A stretch of DNA of 64,000 nt from the NCBI GenBank assembly GCA_963700145.1, contig OY969474.1:4128001-4192000 (forward strand), read 5' to 3'. Position 1 is the stretch's first letter; every line of letters begins with the position of its first letter. Of the stretch, positions 63,173-64,000 are shown in pieces. The position numbers and the translations under genes are program-made. The notes beneath the pieces were generated by a model. It was given only the letters and a program-made list of their open reading frames with translations. It was not told the DNA's origin and searched no databases. The DNA comes from an uncultured Acidobacteriota bacterium (GTDB lineage: Bacteria > Acidobacteriota > Thermoanaerobaculia > Multivoradales > UBA5704).

Positions 63173-63297
63173 TGCTTAACCGAGCTACAGGCATGTGGTG
63201 GAACGTCGCGGATTGGCGCACGCAGCCCGCCCGCAATGGGCTTCGCCCGTTGCTCGCTGGAACTTTGCAGCTGGGGGCCTCCCCTCGGTTACGGCAC
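63172..63297 (+). other. attC-like site 5
   Basis: GTGCTTAACCGAG ... CTCGGTTACGGCAC inverted ends; central GCAATGGGC-TTC-GCCCGTTGC hairpin. Confidence 0.55.
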
Positions 63298-63360
63298 CAA
63301 ACTGTCCCATGCCCCACCCGGGGCGGGGCGGTGGTAAACTCTCTCCGGAGGTTCTGAAGA

Positions 63361-63645
63361 GTGCACGAGGCGGTTGAAGTCAAGGCTTTGTCGGACTATA
63401 GAATCTGGGTCCGCTTCGCTGACGGTGTTGCGGGGGAGGTGGACTTGTCCCACCTTGCAGGCCGCGGTGTGTTCTCGCTGTGGCACGACTACACAGCCTT
63501 TCAAGGGGTGCATGTCGGGCGAAGCGGGGAGATCGCATGGAATGACGAGGTTGAGCTCTGTCCAGATAGTCTTTATCTGACACTTACGGGGAAGACCCCG
63601 GAAGAGGTCTTCCCGAGCTTGGCTCGCGCGGAAGTCGGTGCCTGA
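63361..63645 (+). CDS. DUF2442 domain protein (putative antitoxin)
   Basis: VKALSDYRIWVRFADG..GEVDL..GVF..IAWNDEVELCPDSLY. Confidence 0.85.
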   Translation: MHEAVEVKALSDYRIWVRFADGVAGEVDLSHLAGRGVFSLWHDYTAFQGVHVGRSGEIAWNDEVELCPDSLYLTLTGKTPEEVFPSLARAEVGA

Positions 63646-63898
63646 GATCTGCCGGTTCTACGGGATCATCATCAAGATGTATTTTGATGATCATAATCCG
63701 CCCCACTTTCATGCCGAGTATGGCTCAGATGGCGCGATCGTTGACATCAATAACCTCGCCATCATAGCCGGTCATCTTCCTCCGCGCGCTCTCGGTCTCG
63801 TTGCCGAGTGGGCATCCTTGCACCAAGAGGAACTGAGAGCGTACTGGCAGCGGGCAAGAAGTCTCGAGCCACTCGGGAAAATCGAGCCGCTGCGTTAG
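63638..63898 (+). CDS. DUF4160 domain protein (putative toxin)
   Basis: MPEICRFYGIIIKMYFDDHNPPHFHAEY..EWASLHQEEL..IEPL. Confidence 0.9.
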   Translation: MPEICRFYGIIIKMYFDDHNPPHFHAEYGSDGAIVDINNLAIIAGHLPPRALGLVAEWASLHQEELRAYWQRARSLEPLGKIEPLR

Positions 63899-63930
63899 AG
63901 GTGGCTATGAGAGGAGTCGGAGACGCCCGC

Positions 63931-64000
63931 ATGAGTGAGGAGGCCGAGAAGCTTCCTCCTGTCCATCCCGGCGAGATTCTCCAAGAGGAGTTCTTGGGTC
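63931..64000 (+). CDS. higA: HigA-family antitoxin (runs off right edge)
   Basis: MSEEAEKLPPVHPGEILQEEFL. Confidence 0.8.
   Translation, partial: MSEEAEKLPPVHPGEILQEEFLG

Larger units (their letters stand above)
60036..64000 (+). mobile_element. Integron gene-cassette array without an integrase in the window (CALIN-like)
   Basis: Lower GC, short co-oriented ORFs separated by attC-like sites; start core of cassettes 1-4 is complementary to their own R''. Confidence 0.85.

Overview
A very GC-rich bacterial chromosome segment. Gene content and synteny suggest Acidobacteriota, probably Thermoanaerobaculia-like; this is inference. Most of the window is core backbone: pntA, terC, tmk-holB, a DsbA protein, a PLP decarboxylase, an S8 protease, an ExeM/NucH nuclease, manC-trmB-ABC, a TonB-dependent receptor, an HD hydrolase, folK, lolA-tgt-yajC-secDF-rel, rpmB, pilMNOPQ plus Ig-fold lipoproteins, TPR-roadblock-accBC-thiE-aroK and ccmABCDEF. 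Three accessory islands interrupt it, each bordered by a degenerate 21-bp-period tandem array. (1) A stand-alone UG/Abi (DRT-like) reverse transcriptase with a non-canonical YVDE catalytic motif, sitting divergently from a decayed, diverged copy of the neighbouring HD gene's 5' end. (2) A vapBC island. (3) A SymE-like remnant followed by an integron-type cassette array with about five attC-like sites and no integrase in the window. Its cassettes carry a putative PD-(D/E)XK nuclease, a putative HEPN protein, a YjzC-family protein and TA modules. Other oddities: an HhH/ComEA-like insert in SecF, an identical GTAG-REP supplying stop codons, CTG starts, leaderless promoters and a CxxxY-type CcmE. 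All calls come from reading the sequence; no database searches were run.
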